A DNA stretch of 64,000 nt from positions 1 through 64,000 of the forward strand of contig JBGTGT010000098.1 in the NCBI GenBank assembly GCA_041746575.1, read 5' to 3'. Source of the stretch: Microcystaceae cyanobacterium. Its GTDB lineage: Bacteria; Cyanobacteriota; Cyanobacteriia; Cyanobacteriales; Microcystaceae. Position numbers and translations under genes: made by a program. Shown piece by piece: positions 63,695 to 64,000 of the stretch. Every line of letters begins with the position of its first letter. Position 1 is the stretch's first letter. The notes below the pieces were generated by a model, which was not told where the DNA came from, searched no databases, and worked only from the letters and a program-made list of their open reading frames with translations.

Positions 63695-64000
63695 GATATT
63701 ACCTTTAATAAATCAATGAGAAATAACAATCCAAAGATTGGTTAATATGGGGACTCAATCTGAGGTTGGAGTTGATGTCGGTAGAAACACAATGTCAGTG
63801 CCTCAATACCTAGTTGTTCGTACGAATTTTTTTAAATATAGGATTCTCTTTAATCCAAGATTACCGTGTTTTCCCTGAATGTCAATCTTTTTTAAGTCAA
63901 TATAGTTTTAGTGTTTATGTAAAATTGCTCAGTTTTTTTTAAAGCCAAAATGCAGTTTTTAAATAAAAGCAGTGATCAAAAAAATTAATACTTAAAAAAT

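Noticed and set aside
2304..63719. Other antisense or nested short ORFs in the track (e.g. 2304-2798, 4000-4329, 50956-51393, 63387-63719)
   Set aside because: They overlap well-supported genes and show no recognisable motifs; treated as shadow ORFs.

Overview
Cyanobacterial chromosomal DNA: AT-rich, with many HIP1 GCGATCGC octamers and unicellular Chroococcales-like gene content. From about 9 kb to 64 kb it is mostly housekeeping genes (natD-like permease, selO, birA, dapL, gltB, pilA, rodZ, lysA-cdaA-uppS, gltS, amiC, murI). This part also carries a TnpB-only IS200/IS605 element (about 29.87-31.22 kb) and a REP-associated tyrosine transposase with a GTAG-REP cluster that brackets the major pilin gene (37.9-39.9 kb). 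The most interesting part is the accessory island at 1-8.1 kb. An ISAs1 end cuts into a CHAT/VMAP-C gene, followed by a MoxR AAA+ ATPase and a vWA-like (SAV_2336-type) protein with a C-terminal FGE-sulfatase/C-lectin domain, which together form a VMAP-type ternary conflict system. A higBA toxin-antitoxin pair and a second FGE-domain gene follow. The 3' ends of the two FGE genes (5783-5896 and 7968-8081) differ exactly as two diversity-generating retroelement (DGR) variable regions would, but I found no template repeat, avd or reverse transcriptase in the window. The first variable region runs straight into a roughly 145-nt multi-hairpin, G-U-rich structure that looks like the template-side DGR RNA. 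This suggests a collapsed DGR cassette or one served in trans. All protein assignments come from motif recognition by eye; no database searches were run.
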